Origin: an uncultured virus (IMG/VR IMGVR_UViG_3300005336_000020)
Lineage: Duplodnaviria > Heunggongvirae > Uroviricota > Caudoviricetes
Direction: 5' to 3' (one strand)
IMG/VR virus record: IMGVR_UViG_3300005336_000020
Length of the DNA stretch: 20,000 nt
Position numbers and translations under genes: made by a program. The notes under the pieces are model-generated. The model was not told where the DNA came from, ran no database searches, and saw only the letters and a program-made list of their open reading frames with translations. Of this stretch, positions 6,770 through 16,700 are shown in pieces. Positions within the stretch are counted from its first letter, which is position 1. Every line of letters begins with the position of its first letter.

Positions 6770-7070
6770 CGGGCACCTCCATGACCGCGTCGAGCGCCGG
6801 GTCCAGGCCGAGGGGGAAGATCACGCCTTCCGCCTGGTCGACGACGATGAAGATGCGCAGCGGCGCCATGAGCGAGCACACCTGACCGGCCTCCTCCAGG
6901 GAGACCTTCCGGGTGAGCGGCCAGACGGCGATCATCGTGCCCGCCTTGGGCATGCCGAGCTGGATCACCGCGTCCATGGGCGTGAGGGCCAGGGCGCAGT
7001 GACCGTCGAACGGGTTGTACGTCAGCGTCCTGACCTCGCGCCGCACGGGAACGGCGTAGTAGAGACCCAT
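6753..7070 (-). CDS. Hypothetical protein (105 aa, MGLYYAVPV...) overlapping the FtsK start
   Basis: ATG 7070 follows GAAGGA; 3' part of ORF 6753..7448; overlaps the FtsK GTG start. Confidence 0.65.
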   Translation of the reverse strand: MGLYYAVPVRREVRTLTYNPFDGHCALALTPMDAVIQLGMPKAGTMIAVWPLTRKVSLEEAGQVCSLMAPLRIFIVVDQAEGVIFPLGLDPALDAVMEVPGAGSD

Positions 7071-7098
7071 CGTTTCCTTCTTCCTCTCCTTCAACGAC

Positions 7099-7135
7099 GA
7101 AGGCCGGACCTGGTTGATCGCCAGGTCCGGCCTTC
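7099..7135. terminator. Stem-loop terminator
   Basis: 15-bp perfect stem GAAGGCCGGACCTGG/CCAGGTCCGGCCTTC downstream of the 7154..7648 gene. Confidence 0.65.
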
Positions 7136-7153
7136 TCGGGATGTGCCGCTCGG

Positions 7154-7648
7154 TCAGGCCGAGGCGACGGGGCTGCCGTAGCCGTAGCTGACGGAGGTGG
7201 TGGAGTCGGCGCCGTCCGCGTCGGCCGAGGCGTCGTCGCCCTCGTCCTCGTCGGTGTCGACGGCGGAGTCCGCGTCGGTGTCGCTGGAGCGGTTCTCCAG
7301 GGCGGCGACGTACTCGCGGGCCTGCTCCTCGGTGACGTCGGCCTGGAGCACGAGGGCCGGGACGGGGTCCACGCCCTTCTCGGTGGCCTTGTCGACGATC
7401 GGCTTGATGACGTTGACCAGGACGGAGTCGCGCAGGTTCACGGCCCACGCCTCGTCGCGCTCGGCGGCCTCGGCCAGCTCCGCGTCGGCGGCGGCGACGG
7501 CCTGCTCGTCCTTGTAGGTGCTCTTCAGGTTGGTCGCGGCGGCCTCGAAGACGAGCTTCGCGTAGACGGCGATGTCGGCTTCGGCGGCGCCCGGGAACTT
7601 CTTGGCTGCGGTCCGGAAGACGGAGCGCACTGCGGTGGTCAGGGACAC
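7154..7648 (-). CDS. Hypothetical Ala-rich protein with acidic C-terminal tail (164 aa)
   Basis: GTG 7648 follows GGAGAGG; very strong GC3 codon bias; candidate extended -10 TGaTACGCT near 7720-7728. Confidence 0.8.
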   Translation of the reverse strand: MSLTTAVRSVFRTAAKKFPGAAEADIAVYAKLVFEAAATNLKSTYKDEQAVAAADAELAEAAERDEAWAVNLRDSVLVNVIKPIVDKATEKGVDPVPALVLQADVTEEQAREYVAALENRSSDTDADSAVDTDEDEGDDASADADGADSTTSVSYGYGSPVASA

Positions 7649-7745
7649 GTTCTGATCCTCTCCGATGTCCTGCTTCGTTCTGCGAACTTTACTGTGCGTG
7701 CTCGCTGTTCGTCGGTAACAGCGTATCACGATTTGGCCTGAGCCA

Positions 7746-8105
7746 CTACTTCTGGGACGGCCCCTTCGCCTGCTTGCGGATCGTCGTGTCCTCCGGACGC
7801 GCCGAGTTGGCGAAGTCGTTCCAGCGGGGCGAGATGCTGACCTTCACGGCCTTGCGGGCGGCGACGCGCACGCGCTCCCCGTTGTGCGGGTTCCGGGCCA
7901 TCCGCTCCTTCTTCTCCACCAGCGCGAAGCTGCCGAAGTTCGTGATGGAAACGGTGTAGCCCTGGGCCACGGTACGGGCGCAGATGTCGAAGACGTTTTC
8001 GACGGCCTCCTGGGCGACGGATCGAGCCAGGCCCATCCGGTCGGCCAGCGCCTCTGCGAGGAGCATCTTGTTCAGGTTGCCGGGCTTCTGCTCGACGTTT
8101 GCCAC
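7746..8105 (-). CDS. hup: HU/IHF-family histone-like DNA-binding protein
   Basis: LNKMLLAEALA, VSITNFGSF, ERMARNPHNGE.V.VAARKAVK signature. Confidence 0.92.
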   Translation of the reverse strand: MANVEQKPGNLNKMLLAEALADRMGLARSVAQEAVENVFDICARTVAQGYTVSITNFGSFALVEKKERMARNPHNGERVRVAARKAVKVSISPRWNDFANSARPEDTTIRKQAKGPSQK

Positions 8106-8113
8106 GTTGGGCT

Positions 8114-8150
8114 CCTTTCCTCAACTGTACCTATCGTAGCACCCTTTGAG
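8114..8150 (-). promoter_or_regulatory. Promoter/operator upstream of HU: extended -10 TGcTACGAT within CTCAA-N21-TTGAG
   Basis: Matches the element at 626-662, including an identical 13-mer AGTTGAGGAAAGG. Confidence 0.6.
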
Positions 8151-8267
8151 ATTCAAGTTGGCTAAAAGGGTGTAGTTGGCCAGAGAGTGTCCGTTGCTGG
8201 GGAGAACAAGGGTACGACGGAGAGCCGTTCATGTTTCTACCAACGAGGGAAACAATCCGGCCACGAC

Positions 8268-8299
8268 GAAGGGGACCCGGTAGGAACCGGGCCCCCTTC
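8268..8299 (-). terminator. Stem-loop terminator
   Basis: GAAGGGG-A-CCCGGT / ACCGGG-C-CCCCTTC hairpin downstream of the 8319..8534 gene. Confidence 0.6.
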
Positions 8300-8318
8300 A
8301 AGGTTCCGCGTACTTGAC

Positions 8319-8534
8319 TCAGGGAAGCGGCGGAAGGTTGCGCTGGTGCGCGTGAGCGCGATCGATGGACTCCTGGCTGCGCGGCTGCGCGAGAGCGCGG
8401 CGCATGCCCTCCATCGGGTCCTCCGCGACCGGCGGAGGGGTGCTGCGGCGGGAGGTCTTCTCCCGGGCCGCCTGCGAAGCGGACTTCTTGCCCGCGTACT
8501 TCGTTGCGGCGAGGCGCTGGTCACGGCTCGGCAT
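8319..8534 (-). CDS. Small basic hypothetical protein (71 aa)
   Basis: TGATG coupling to the upstream gene and an AAGGAG RBS. Confidence 0.65.
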   Translation of the reverse strand: MPSRDQRLAATKYAGKKSASQAAREKTSRRSTPPPVAEDPMEGMRRALAQPRSQESIDRAHAHQRNLPPLP

Positions 8535-8935
8535 CAGTTCTCCTTCTCCTCGGAAATGACCAGCGGCATCCGCGCCGCCAGCCAGACCTTCTCGTCCGAC
8601 GTCATCTCGCGGAACGGCTGGGTCGCGAAGTAGACGACGGCGTGCGTCAGGTGCGCGATCTCCTCGCGCTTGGCCAGCAGGGGAGCGATCACGTACAGCG
8701 ATCCGAGGGCGACGTACATGTTCACGCCCTTGATCTCGACGTAGGCGCGCTCCACTACCGGCGGCATGGGGCCGATCGGGTAGGTGGTGTACTCCGCCCC
8801 GCAGGCGTGCCCCTTCGTCTCCGCCTCGACCCGTCCGTCCTCGTTCGGGTGATGCAGGAAGACGCCGAACAGGTCGGGATCCGAGGGAACACCGATGGAG
8901 ATCTCGACGTCGACCACCTCGAACCCGGGGGTCAC
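8534..8935 (-). CDS. Hypothetical protein (133 aa)
   Basis: GTGA overlap with the upstream ORF; GC3 bias. Confidence 0.7.
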   Translation of the reverse strand: MTPGFEVVDVEISIGVPSDPDLFGVFLHHPNEDGRVEAETKGHACGAEYTTYPIGPMPPVVERAYVEIKGVNMYVALGSLYVIAPLLAKREEIAHLTHAVVYFATQPFREMTSDEKVWLAARMPLVISEEKEN

Positions 8936-9051
8936 CGGGCGGCGCCCATGTTGTCGTGGTCGAGGACCACGGCCTCCTCCACGCGGCTGCCGATCAGGAC
9001 GGCGAGCACCCCGGCGACCGAGAGCAGGATCCAGCTCTTCAGCTTCTTCAC
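8932..9051 (-). CDS. Small membrane peptide (39 aa, MKKLKSWILLSVAGVLAVLIGS...)
   Basis: GTG 9051 follows GAGAGGA; basic N-terminus plus hydrophobic helix. Confidence 0.55.
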   Translation of the reverse strand: MKKLKSWILLSVAGVLAVLIGSRVEEAVVLDHDNMGAAR

Positions 9052-9114
9052 GTTCCTCTCCGTTTTCCTGTCACGTTTCCCTATCGGATCGAACCTGAAA
9101 AAGAACCCCTGACG

Positions 9115-9154
9115 CACACGGACTCGGAGCGCCGTGCGCCTCCGAGTCCGTGTG
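9115..9154. terminator. Stem-loop terminator
   Basis: 15-bp perfect stem CACACGGACTCGGAG/CTCCGAGTCCGTGTG. Confidence 0.6.
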
Positions 9155-9171
9155 GTGTGCCCCGTGTGTGA

Positions 9172-9252
9172 TCAGCCCTGGTTTCCGCCGAGGCCATGGC
9201 CGCAGCCCGATCCGTTCTTGGCTCCGCACTGGGGGCACGGGTTGGGGTTCAT
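9172..9252 (-). CDS. 26-aa putative zinc-finger micro-protein MNPNPCPQCGAKNGSGCGHGLGGNQG
   Basis: ATG begins 1 nt after the upstream stop, has a GAGGGGG RBS and a CxxC-x7-CxH motif, and is followed by a hairpin. Confidence 0.5.
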   Translation of the reverse strand: MNPNPCPQCGAKNGSGCGHGLGGNQG

Positions 9253-9253
9253 G

Positions 9254-9517
9254 TCAGGCCGTCACCCCCTCGGCCTGCTTCAGCTTCTCCAGCACCTCGT
9301 GGGCCCAGGAGTTCTTCGATCGGGCCGCCTGGTTGAGACGGCTCCTCAAGCGCCGGATCATGGTGGAGTCGTTGTAGCTGTACTCCGTCGCCACGTCCTT
9401 CACCATGGAGGTGAAGTTCTGGGCGGCCTCGGGGGAGAGTCCCTTGGTGAGAGCCTGCGCCGCCTTGTCGAATCCGCTCTTCGTGGAACGCTTCTTGTTG
9501 TTTCGGCCGTTGCTCAC
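9254..9517 (-). CDS. Hypothetical basic protein (87 aa)
   Basis: GTG follows GGAAAGGGG; first gene of the leftward unit. Confidence 0.7.
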   Translation of the reverse strand: MSNGRNNKKRSTKSGFDKAAQALTKGLSPEAAQNFTSMVKDVATEYSYNDSTMIRRLRSRLNQAARSKNSWAHEVLEKLKQAEGVTA

Positions 9518-9638
9518 GCTTCAGTCCCCTTTCCGAGACCGCCCTGTCCGGCGGTGAGTCATACTCTTCCAGAAGTGGCCCAGGCCGTCAAGTCCGGTCA
9601 ATGAAGGTACACTTGACCTGTGTAGACAAGGAGGTGAG

Positions 9639-10106
9639 ATGAGGAGAGCAGCGCTCGGTGCCCAGCGGAAGGCGAAGCAGAGGCAGCGGCCCGACGTGCT
9701 GGCGCCGTTCCTGGACCTGCCGGAAGCGGGCAAGCGGCTGTCGTTCACGCAGGTGCCCGACTGGGTGATGCTCTGCGACCGGGTGAATCCGACGGCGTTC
9801 CGGCTGTGGTGCGTCCTGCGCTCGATGCAGTTCGAGAACGGGCCGGGCATACCGCCGCTGACCCTCGACGAGGTCTGCTGGCTGCTGCCGGGCATCAACA
9901 AGAAGCCGACGTCGAGAACCCGGGCCAGGGAGGCGCTGGACTGCCTGCTGGCCGAGGGCCTGCTGAAGGACGTCACGGCGGAAGGGGCCTCAAAGGCGGC
10001 CCCCAGGCTCTACCTGGCGATGGACGAGCCGCAGGGGCCGATGGGCTGGAGCAGTGCCCGGCGCAAGCTCAGGCGCTACACGAAGCTCTGGCGCAAGGCC
10101 GAGTGA
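9639..10106 (+). CDS. Winged-HTH protein resembling phage/plasmid replication-initiator N-terminal domains
   Basis: AGGAGGT RBS; FTQVPDWV...PTAFRLWCVL...LTLDEV...SRTRAREALDCLLAEGLL pattern. Confidence 0.7.
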   Translation: MRRAALGAQRKAKQRQRPDVLAPFLDLPEAGKRLSFTQVPDWVMLCDRVNPTAFRLWCVLRSMQFENGPGIPPLTLDEVCWLLPGINKKPTSRTRAREALDCLLAEGLLKDVTAEGASKAAPRLYLAMDEPQGPMGWSSARRKLRRYTKLWRKAE

Positions 10107-10110
10107 AACG

Positions 10111-10152
10111 GCAGACGGCCGCCTCCACGGGGGGAAGAGGACGGCCGTCTGC
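10111..10152 (+). terminator. Stem-loop terminator
   Basis: GCAGACGGCCG/CGGCCGTCTGC stem directly after the stop. Confidence 0.6.
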
Positions 10153-10257
10153 TGTACACGGTAGAGCTGAATCAGGGTTGATCGCCCGCGAATCCAGAAA
10201 GCTCTGGACTTCCTCAAGAGTGGTGACAGCCGTTTCCGGGTTGGGAAAGATGCCAGC

Positions 10258-10611
10258 ATGGACTTCAAGAACCCGTTCAAGAAGCGGCCGGAAAAGAAGG
10301 CGGACTCGGCCCCCGCCCCCACCGCGAAGCGCACCACCTCGGCTCCGGCGAGCCGTCCCGCCCCGGCGCCGTACCGGCCCGAGCCGGACCCGGTGCCGTA
10401 CGCGACCTTCTACACGCCGCCGTCCTCCAGCCGGTCCGACGACTGCGGCACCTCTTCCAGCTCGCACTCGTCGGGCGGAGGGTCGTACCACTCGCACGAC
10501 TCGGGCAGCTCGCACAGCAGCAGCCACAGCAGCTACGACTCGGGGTCCTCGCACTCCTCCAGCTCGTACGACTCGGGCTCGTCGGGCTGCGACAGCGGCG
10601 GGGGATTCTGA
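10258..10611 (+). CDS. Low-complexity Pro/Ser/Gly-rich hypothetical protein (117 aa)
   Basis: High GC3; repeated SYDSGSS motifs ending CDSGGGF. Confidence 0.7.
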   Translation: MDFKNPFKKRPEKKADSAPAPTAKRTTSAPASRPAPAPYRPEPDPVPYATFYTPPSSSRSDDCGTSSSSHSSGGGSYHSHDSGSSHSSSHSSYDSGSSHSSSSYDSGSSGCDSGGGF

Positions 10612-10627
10612 GAGGATGTCCCCCGAG

Positions 10628-10668
10628 CAGGGCCCACCTGGGAGCGTCGGTATCCCGGGTGGGCCCTG
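10628..10668. terminator. Terminator between convergent genes
   Basis: CAGGGCCCACCTGGGA/TCCCGGGTGGGCCCTG stem. Confidence 0.65.
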
Positions 10669-10670
10669 AC

Positions 10671-10751
10671 TCATACGACCCCGACGAGCGCCAGGATCAG
10701 GACGATCAGCAGGATCGCCACGAGCAGGGTGATCAGTCCGTTGGTCGTCAT
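10671..10751 (-). CDS. 26-aa single-TM peptide MTTNGLITLLVAILLIVLILALVGVV
   Basis: Strong GAGGAGG RBS before ATG 10751; one hydrophobic helix. Confidence 0.7.
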   Translation of the reverse strand: MTTNGLITLLVAILLIVLILALVGVV

Positions 10752-10792
10752 GGTGTCCTCCTCGCGAGGACGCCTACCCCGGATGGCCCGGT

Positions 10793-13700
10793 CTACGAGA
10801 GGGCCGCCCAGCGGGAGCCGGTGTTCTGCGACCCCGAGCTGAGCGTGATGCTCGACGGGAGCGCCGTCTGGCCGGTGCCGGAGGTGAGGAACCGGGAGGT
10901 CGCGGTGGTGAGACCGGCGTTGATGGCGCTGGAGACACCACCCGAGGCGGCCACCGACGGCTGGGTTCCGGTGCCCACCGACAGGAAGGCGACGTAGTAG
11001 TCCCCAACCGCGAGCGTCTGCGCCGCCGTGAGGGCCGCCGTCTTTAGGCCCTGGGAGCCGAAGTTGGTGGTCTGGTCGGCGCTGACGGCGAGCCGGGTCC
11101 CGGAGGAGTTGTACAGGCCGACGAAGTTCTGACCGCTGGTCAGGGACGTTCCCGCCGTGGTGACGCCGTACAGGATGTTCGAGACCACGGTCGACCGGTT
11201 CACGATCTTGACCTTGGACAGGTACACGACGCCCGTGTTCAACGGGAAGGCGTCGGCGATCGTGGCCGGGTCCTGCGTCCACGTGATCAGGTTGTGGTCG
11301 GCCGGAGCGAAGGTCGGGTTGTTGACCACGCTCAGCGGATACTGGAGAAGCCCGGCGGGCATCGCGTTTCCGGTATTGAAAGTGGTGATGTCCCGGAAAA
11401 CGGTGGACGACGACTTCGTGTAGGTGACCGTTCCGCCCGTGTTGTTCTCGATGCGGATCCGCTCGAAAATGTTCGGTGCCGCCGAGGTCGTGTTCAGGTC
11501 TTCGATGATCTGGAGCGTGCCGCTCGATTCGACGTTCACCCACTTCGCCTGGAACAGGTTGTTGTACGAGTTCGAGGCGCAGACGAACATCTTGTTTCCG
11601 GCCTGGCCACTGTCTCCGGTGACGTAGTTGCAGTAGAACTCGTTGCTCTCACCGTTGGCGACGTTGATGCCGGTCTGGAACTGCTCCAGGTTCAGACCGT
11701 AGAACCGCTGGCTGGCCGTGGGGTCGGTTCCTCCGACGTAGATGCCCGTGCATCCCGTGGAGTTCGCCCCGGCTTCGAACATGTGCCAGATGTTCTGGTT
11801 CATGTTGTTGGCCTGCGAGTCGAAGTAGAGGGCGTATCCGCCCGTTCCGACGATCTCCACGAAGAAGCGCGAGAAGACGCAGTCTCCCGCGTTCTGCACG
11901 GTGGAGTTGTTGATGATTTTGATGCCGTTCCGGCAGCCCTCCACCTCGATGTTCTCGAAGGTGGAACGCCACGGCATTCCCAGCTCCATGCCCCACGTGG
12001 TGTAGGAGGCGTTGAAGGCTCCGTTGATGCGGAGGTTCCGGAAGCTGGAGTGCCAGAAAGAAATCGTGTTGTTGTCGCCGACGTCATTCACGCCGATCGA
12101 CTTGATTCCGATTCCGGATCCGGCGATGAAGATGCAGAACGAATCGAGGTGGACCTGGGCCCAGTCCGAGATGGTAACGGCGACGACGTTCGAGGCCGCG
12201 TTCAGGTAGGTCGCCTGCTGGCCGCAGCCGCGCAGGGTCACCGTCTTCGCGTTGTCCTCGTCGATGGTGCCGTTGATCTCCACGGTGGCCGCGACGTTGA
12301 AGGTGCCGGGCGAGAGCAGCACCACGCCGCCACCCGTGGCCTGCACCGCATCGATCGCCGCCTGGATCTGCACTTCATCCGCTGTGCCGTCGCAGACGTA
12401 GTCGGCCATCGCCTTGTCGGCGGCCGGGGCGTCCGAAGCGGCCACGTACAGGGCTCCGGCCAGCGCCCGGCTGGTCACCGGGACGTAACTCCAGGTGCCG
12501 CTGATGCGCGTGTACAGCCGCTTGTTGGTCGTGTCGACGCCCATCATGCCGTCGCTGGGCACGAGCGGGGCGAAGGTCGCATCGGAGATGGCCCCGGCGT
12601 TCGTCCGCAGAGCGGGAGCCACGTCTCCCTTCGCACCACCGCCCATGTTGTCGCGCGCCATCGTGCCCGGGGCGTTGATGTCGAGGGCGGCCACGGCCAG
12701 CGTGCCCTTGGTGATGAGCATGTTGCCGAGGATCAGGTTGCTGCCCGAGTCGCCGACGGACTCCTCGCGGATCAGGGAGTGGGCGGCACCGTTCGTCGTG
12801 TGGGACGTGAGGGAGTTGCCCGAGATCAGGTTGCCGGTCGCGGCGTACTCCAGGTGGATGCCGGTATACGCACCGGCCGTGCCGACGGCGCCGATGCCGA
12901 AGATGGTGTTCCCCTCGACCACGCAGTTCTGGGCCGCGAGGAAGATGGCGTCACCGGCCACCCCGTCGAAGTTGCATCCGATGATCTTCGTGGCTGCCGC
13001 ATCCTGCACCCGGATGGCCGGTCGGCTGTTCCCGCCGTTGACGAAGTTGCACCCCAGGATCGTCTGCGTTCCGGCCGAGTCGTGGATCATGCCCATGACC
13101 GCGCCGGATCCGCCGAGGAACTGGAAGTCGCAGGCCACGATGAAGTTCTCGTCGTTCGACGTCATGTAGATCGCGTTGCCCTCCAGGGTGGAGGTGTTCG
13201 CGTTGTCGAACAGGCAGTGCGTGACGATGTTGTTGTGACCGAACGCCGGGCCGGTGATGGCACCGAGGACCAGACCGGTGCTCTTGCAGGCGGTGAAGTG
13301 GATCCGCTGGAACACGCACTCGACGGCGCCGATGGCCCAGATGCCGCCGCTCGGGCCGGTCGTCTGGTTGGTGTGGTTGCCGTCGATGGTGAAGTCGGAG
13401 AAGGTCGAGCGCGTCTCGCCGCCGGAGAAGGTGATCGCGTTGTCGTCGACTCCGGCGGCCAGCTTCAGCACGGTTCCCCAGCCCGACCCCACCAGGCCCA
13501 GCCCGACCCCGTCCGGCCAGTTGATCGTGGCGCCCAAGTTGAAGGTGCCATCGAGCAGCCGGATGCGGCCTTTGCCGGGAACGCCGTCCACCAGATCGAC
13601 GGCCTGCTGGATCACGAGGTGGTCGTCGGTGCCGGTGCAGATGAAGTCGGCATCATCCTTCGAGGCGGAGTCTGCGGCGGCGACCGTGACTTCCCCCGAG

Positions 13701-16700
13701 ATGGCCCGGCTCCGGGTGAAGGTGCTGGTCGTACCGATCGCGTAGGTGATGTTCGAGCCGAGCCGGATCTCTCCGTTATCGCCCGCGTCGAAGATGCCGC
13801 CGGTCGCCGCGTGCAGGTAGGCGTTGTCGATCTGCACGAACGGAGTGTCGGTGAAGGATCCGCCGTACTGAGGCGAGTTGGTGGACGCGCCTCCGTCGTC
13901 CACGCCGGGGAAGTTCGTCCAATCGCCGATGATGACCGGGGTGGTCGCGCCGTTGGTGGCCAGGCCCGCGTACCCGCCGCCGCCAGTGCCGCCGTTGCGG
14001 CCGTCGCGGCGCGTCATCAGGTTCGAGATGACGATCGGCGGCGTGCCGGTGCAGTCCAGGTAGACGCCGTTGAAGCCGTTGCGGTCGGTTGAGCAGCCCG
14101 ACATCAGCATGCCGCCGGACCCGGCGCCGTTGCCCCAGTCGCCGCTCAGGTAGAAGCCGTGGTTGCCGTTCCACTCGGCCCGGCATCCGAGCATCTGCGA
14201 GTTCGCCGCGTTCTGGAGCATCCAGCCGTTGGACCAGTTGCCGATGGACTGGCAGTCGACGGCGGTGAGGTCGACCATGCGCTCGCCGAAGAACCCGTGG
14301 GCGTGGTTGTTGTCGAGCATCACGCGGTGCATGCGCCAGGAGTACGGAGCGACGCCGCCCTGGAGGCCGCAGTAGATGCCGGAGTTCGGGAAGCGCCGGA
14401 TCGTGACGTCGCGCAGGGCCACGTTCTGGACGTTGCCCTTGGCCTGGATGCCGTCGACTCCGGCCGCCACGTTCGAGCCGTCGAGCGTGAGGTTCAAGAT
14501 CCGCTGTTCACCGGAGATGTCCGTGTAGCCGCCATCGGTGGCATCCAGGAAGCGGATGGCCGCGACACCCGTGAAGGTGGCCAGCGGCTTGATCTGCACG
14601 TTCGGCTCGTAGAGGTCGGTGACCGTCATCAGGTCCGAGCGCAGGCCCATCAGCGTCTTGCCGGGCGGCACGACGATCGGCTCGTCGGTCGCGTAGGTGC
14701 GCGCAGGCAGCACGATGACGCTGCCTGCGGGGGAGGTGCTGAGGATGGTGTTGATGGCGGGGGCGTCGTCCGTGGTTCCGTCGCCGACGACACCGTGATC
14801 GACACCGTTGATCCACAGGGAGTCCTGCGCCATGTAGAGGTCGTCGGCCGTGGCCTGGTCGAGTGCGCCCACGTCGGCCGCACTCAGGCTCACGGCGCCG
14901 GTCTCGCCGTTCACGGAGGTCACGGGGGCAGTCGGAAGCTGCGCCGAGGGGACCTTGCCCGTGTTGTCGAGGGTGGCGACGCCGTTGTTGGCGCCCTTCT
15001 CGTCCGAGTCGATCGCCCCCACGTCGGCTGCGCTCAGGCTGACCGCACCGGTCTCCCCGTTGACCGAGGTGACCGGCGCGGTCGGAAGCTGGCCGGAAGG
15101 GACCTTGCCGTCGAGGCCGAGGGTAGCCACACCGCTGGCGATGCCCTTCTCGGTCGTGTCGATCGCGCCGACATCGGCCGCCGAGAGCGTCACATCCGGG
15201 CCGGATTCGCCGTTCACGGTCTCCACGACGGGCTCTCCGGCCGTCGAGGTGTCAGTGATGAGGCCGAGCGCTTCCAAGCCGTCCAGCAGGCTCTGGAGGG
15301 CGCCGCCGGTCGTGCGTTCGCCGGAGACTGTCTGCCTTCCGACGGCCGTCGCGCCGAAGAAGCCGAGCAGGTTGTTCAGTCCGTCGATGGTGTGGACCGA
15401 CGTGTCGTCCGGGTTGGCCCCGAATAGCCACTTGCCGCTCGCGTGGGCGGTGAACTCGCCGGACTCCAGGCGTAGGTACGTCCACTGCTCGCCGAGGAAG
15501 TTGACCAGTTCGAAGACCGACACGAACAGGTCGGCGCCCGAGGCGTCGAGGTCCAGGGCCGCACCGGACTGCCGGAAGCGGTAGCTCTTCGCGTCCTCCT
15601 GGCCGATGAGGAAGTCGGAGTTGATCAGCGCCAGCAGGCCGACACCGAGCCGCTTGAGGAAGGTGTCCATCGAGCCGGAGCCCGAGCCCCACTGCATCTC
15701 GCCGTCGGTGAGCCGACGCCAGAGGTCGTTGGTGTTGACCGGGGTCCGGGAGGACTGGGCCACGTCGTCGTCGGCCGCGCGCAGCGAGGAGACGGTGCCG
15801 GTGAACTCGGCGCCGGAGAGCTGGGCGTACCCGCTCAGGTCGACAGCCGCACCGCCACCGGGGCCCGAGCCGAACTTGCCCGCCTTGATGAACAGGGCCT
15901 GCGTCGCGTCGGAGAGATCGGTGGACGAACCGGAGGTCGCCAGGAAGCCCAGGTTGATGGCGTTGCCGGGGAGTGCCGGGTTCGTCGCGAAGGCTTCCTT
16001 GCCCGCAGCGGAGACCGCGTCGTCAAGCGAGGCGTACGTCTGCTGGCCGTACTGGAGGACGTGGACCTCGGAGCCCTCGTTGGTGGGGAACATCCAGAGC
16101 TGGTGGACCACGTACTCGCCGCCGGGGACGGCCGTCAGGGAGCCGTTGTTGTCGTAGTTGCCGACATCCACCACGGTCGACGACAGGACGTGTTCCAGGT
16201 CGGAGTCCCGCAGGACGTTCGTCCAGGAGGCCGGGGAGGCGCCGACCGTGTTCGTGATGTGCGGGTTGTTGGTCTCGGTGCTGCCGTCGAAGTGGTTCCA
16301 GCCCCGGGAGAAGACTTGACCGGCGCCCACGTTCAGCATCAGGTTCGCGCCGTTGGGGCTGACGTCGTTGCCCGAGATGCCGAAGGCGCCGATCGCGTCC
16401 ATCAGGTCGTAGAGCTGGTTGACCGGGTTGCCCGAGATGGTGGGGATGGACTGCGCCAGGAAGATGGATCCGTTGTCCTGCGCGGCCATGCCGAGGACGA
16501 TGAACGTCCGCCGGTCTTCGGGGGTGGGCCGGTTCTCCTGCTGGTAGACGTTCAGATCGGCGTCCATCACGAACCACGTGATGTCCCGGGTCTGGGCGAC
16601 GCTGTCCAGTTCGACGGTGATGACGCTTGTGCTCTCGACGGGGGTGATCGTCGGAGGGTTGGTGAGGTAGTCGACGATCCGGCCGCTCAGGGGATTGATG

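Noticed and set aside
8237..8524. 95-aa ORF alternative to 8319..8534
   Set aside because: It runs through the terminator hairpin and lacks the RBS and translational coupling of the 71-aa frame.
14868..15225. DGR template/variable repeat pair
   Set aside because: Differences are mostly synonymous rather than adenine-specific, and no reverse transcriptase is present.
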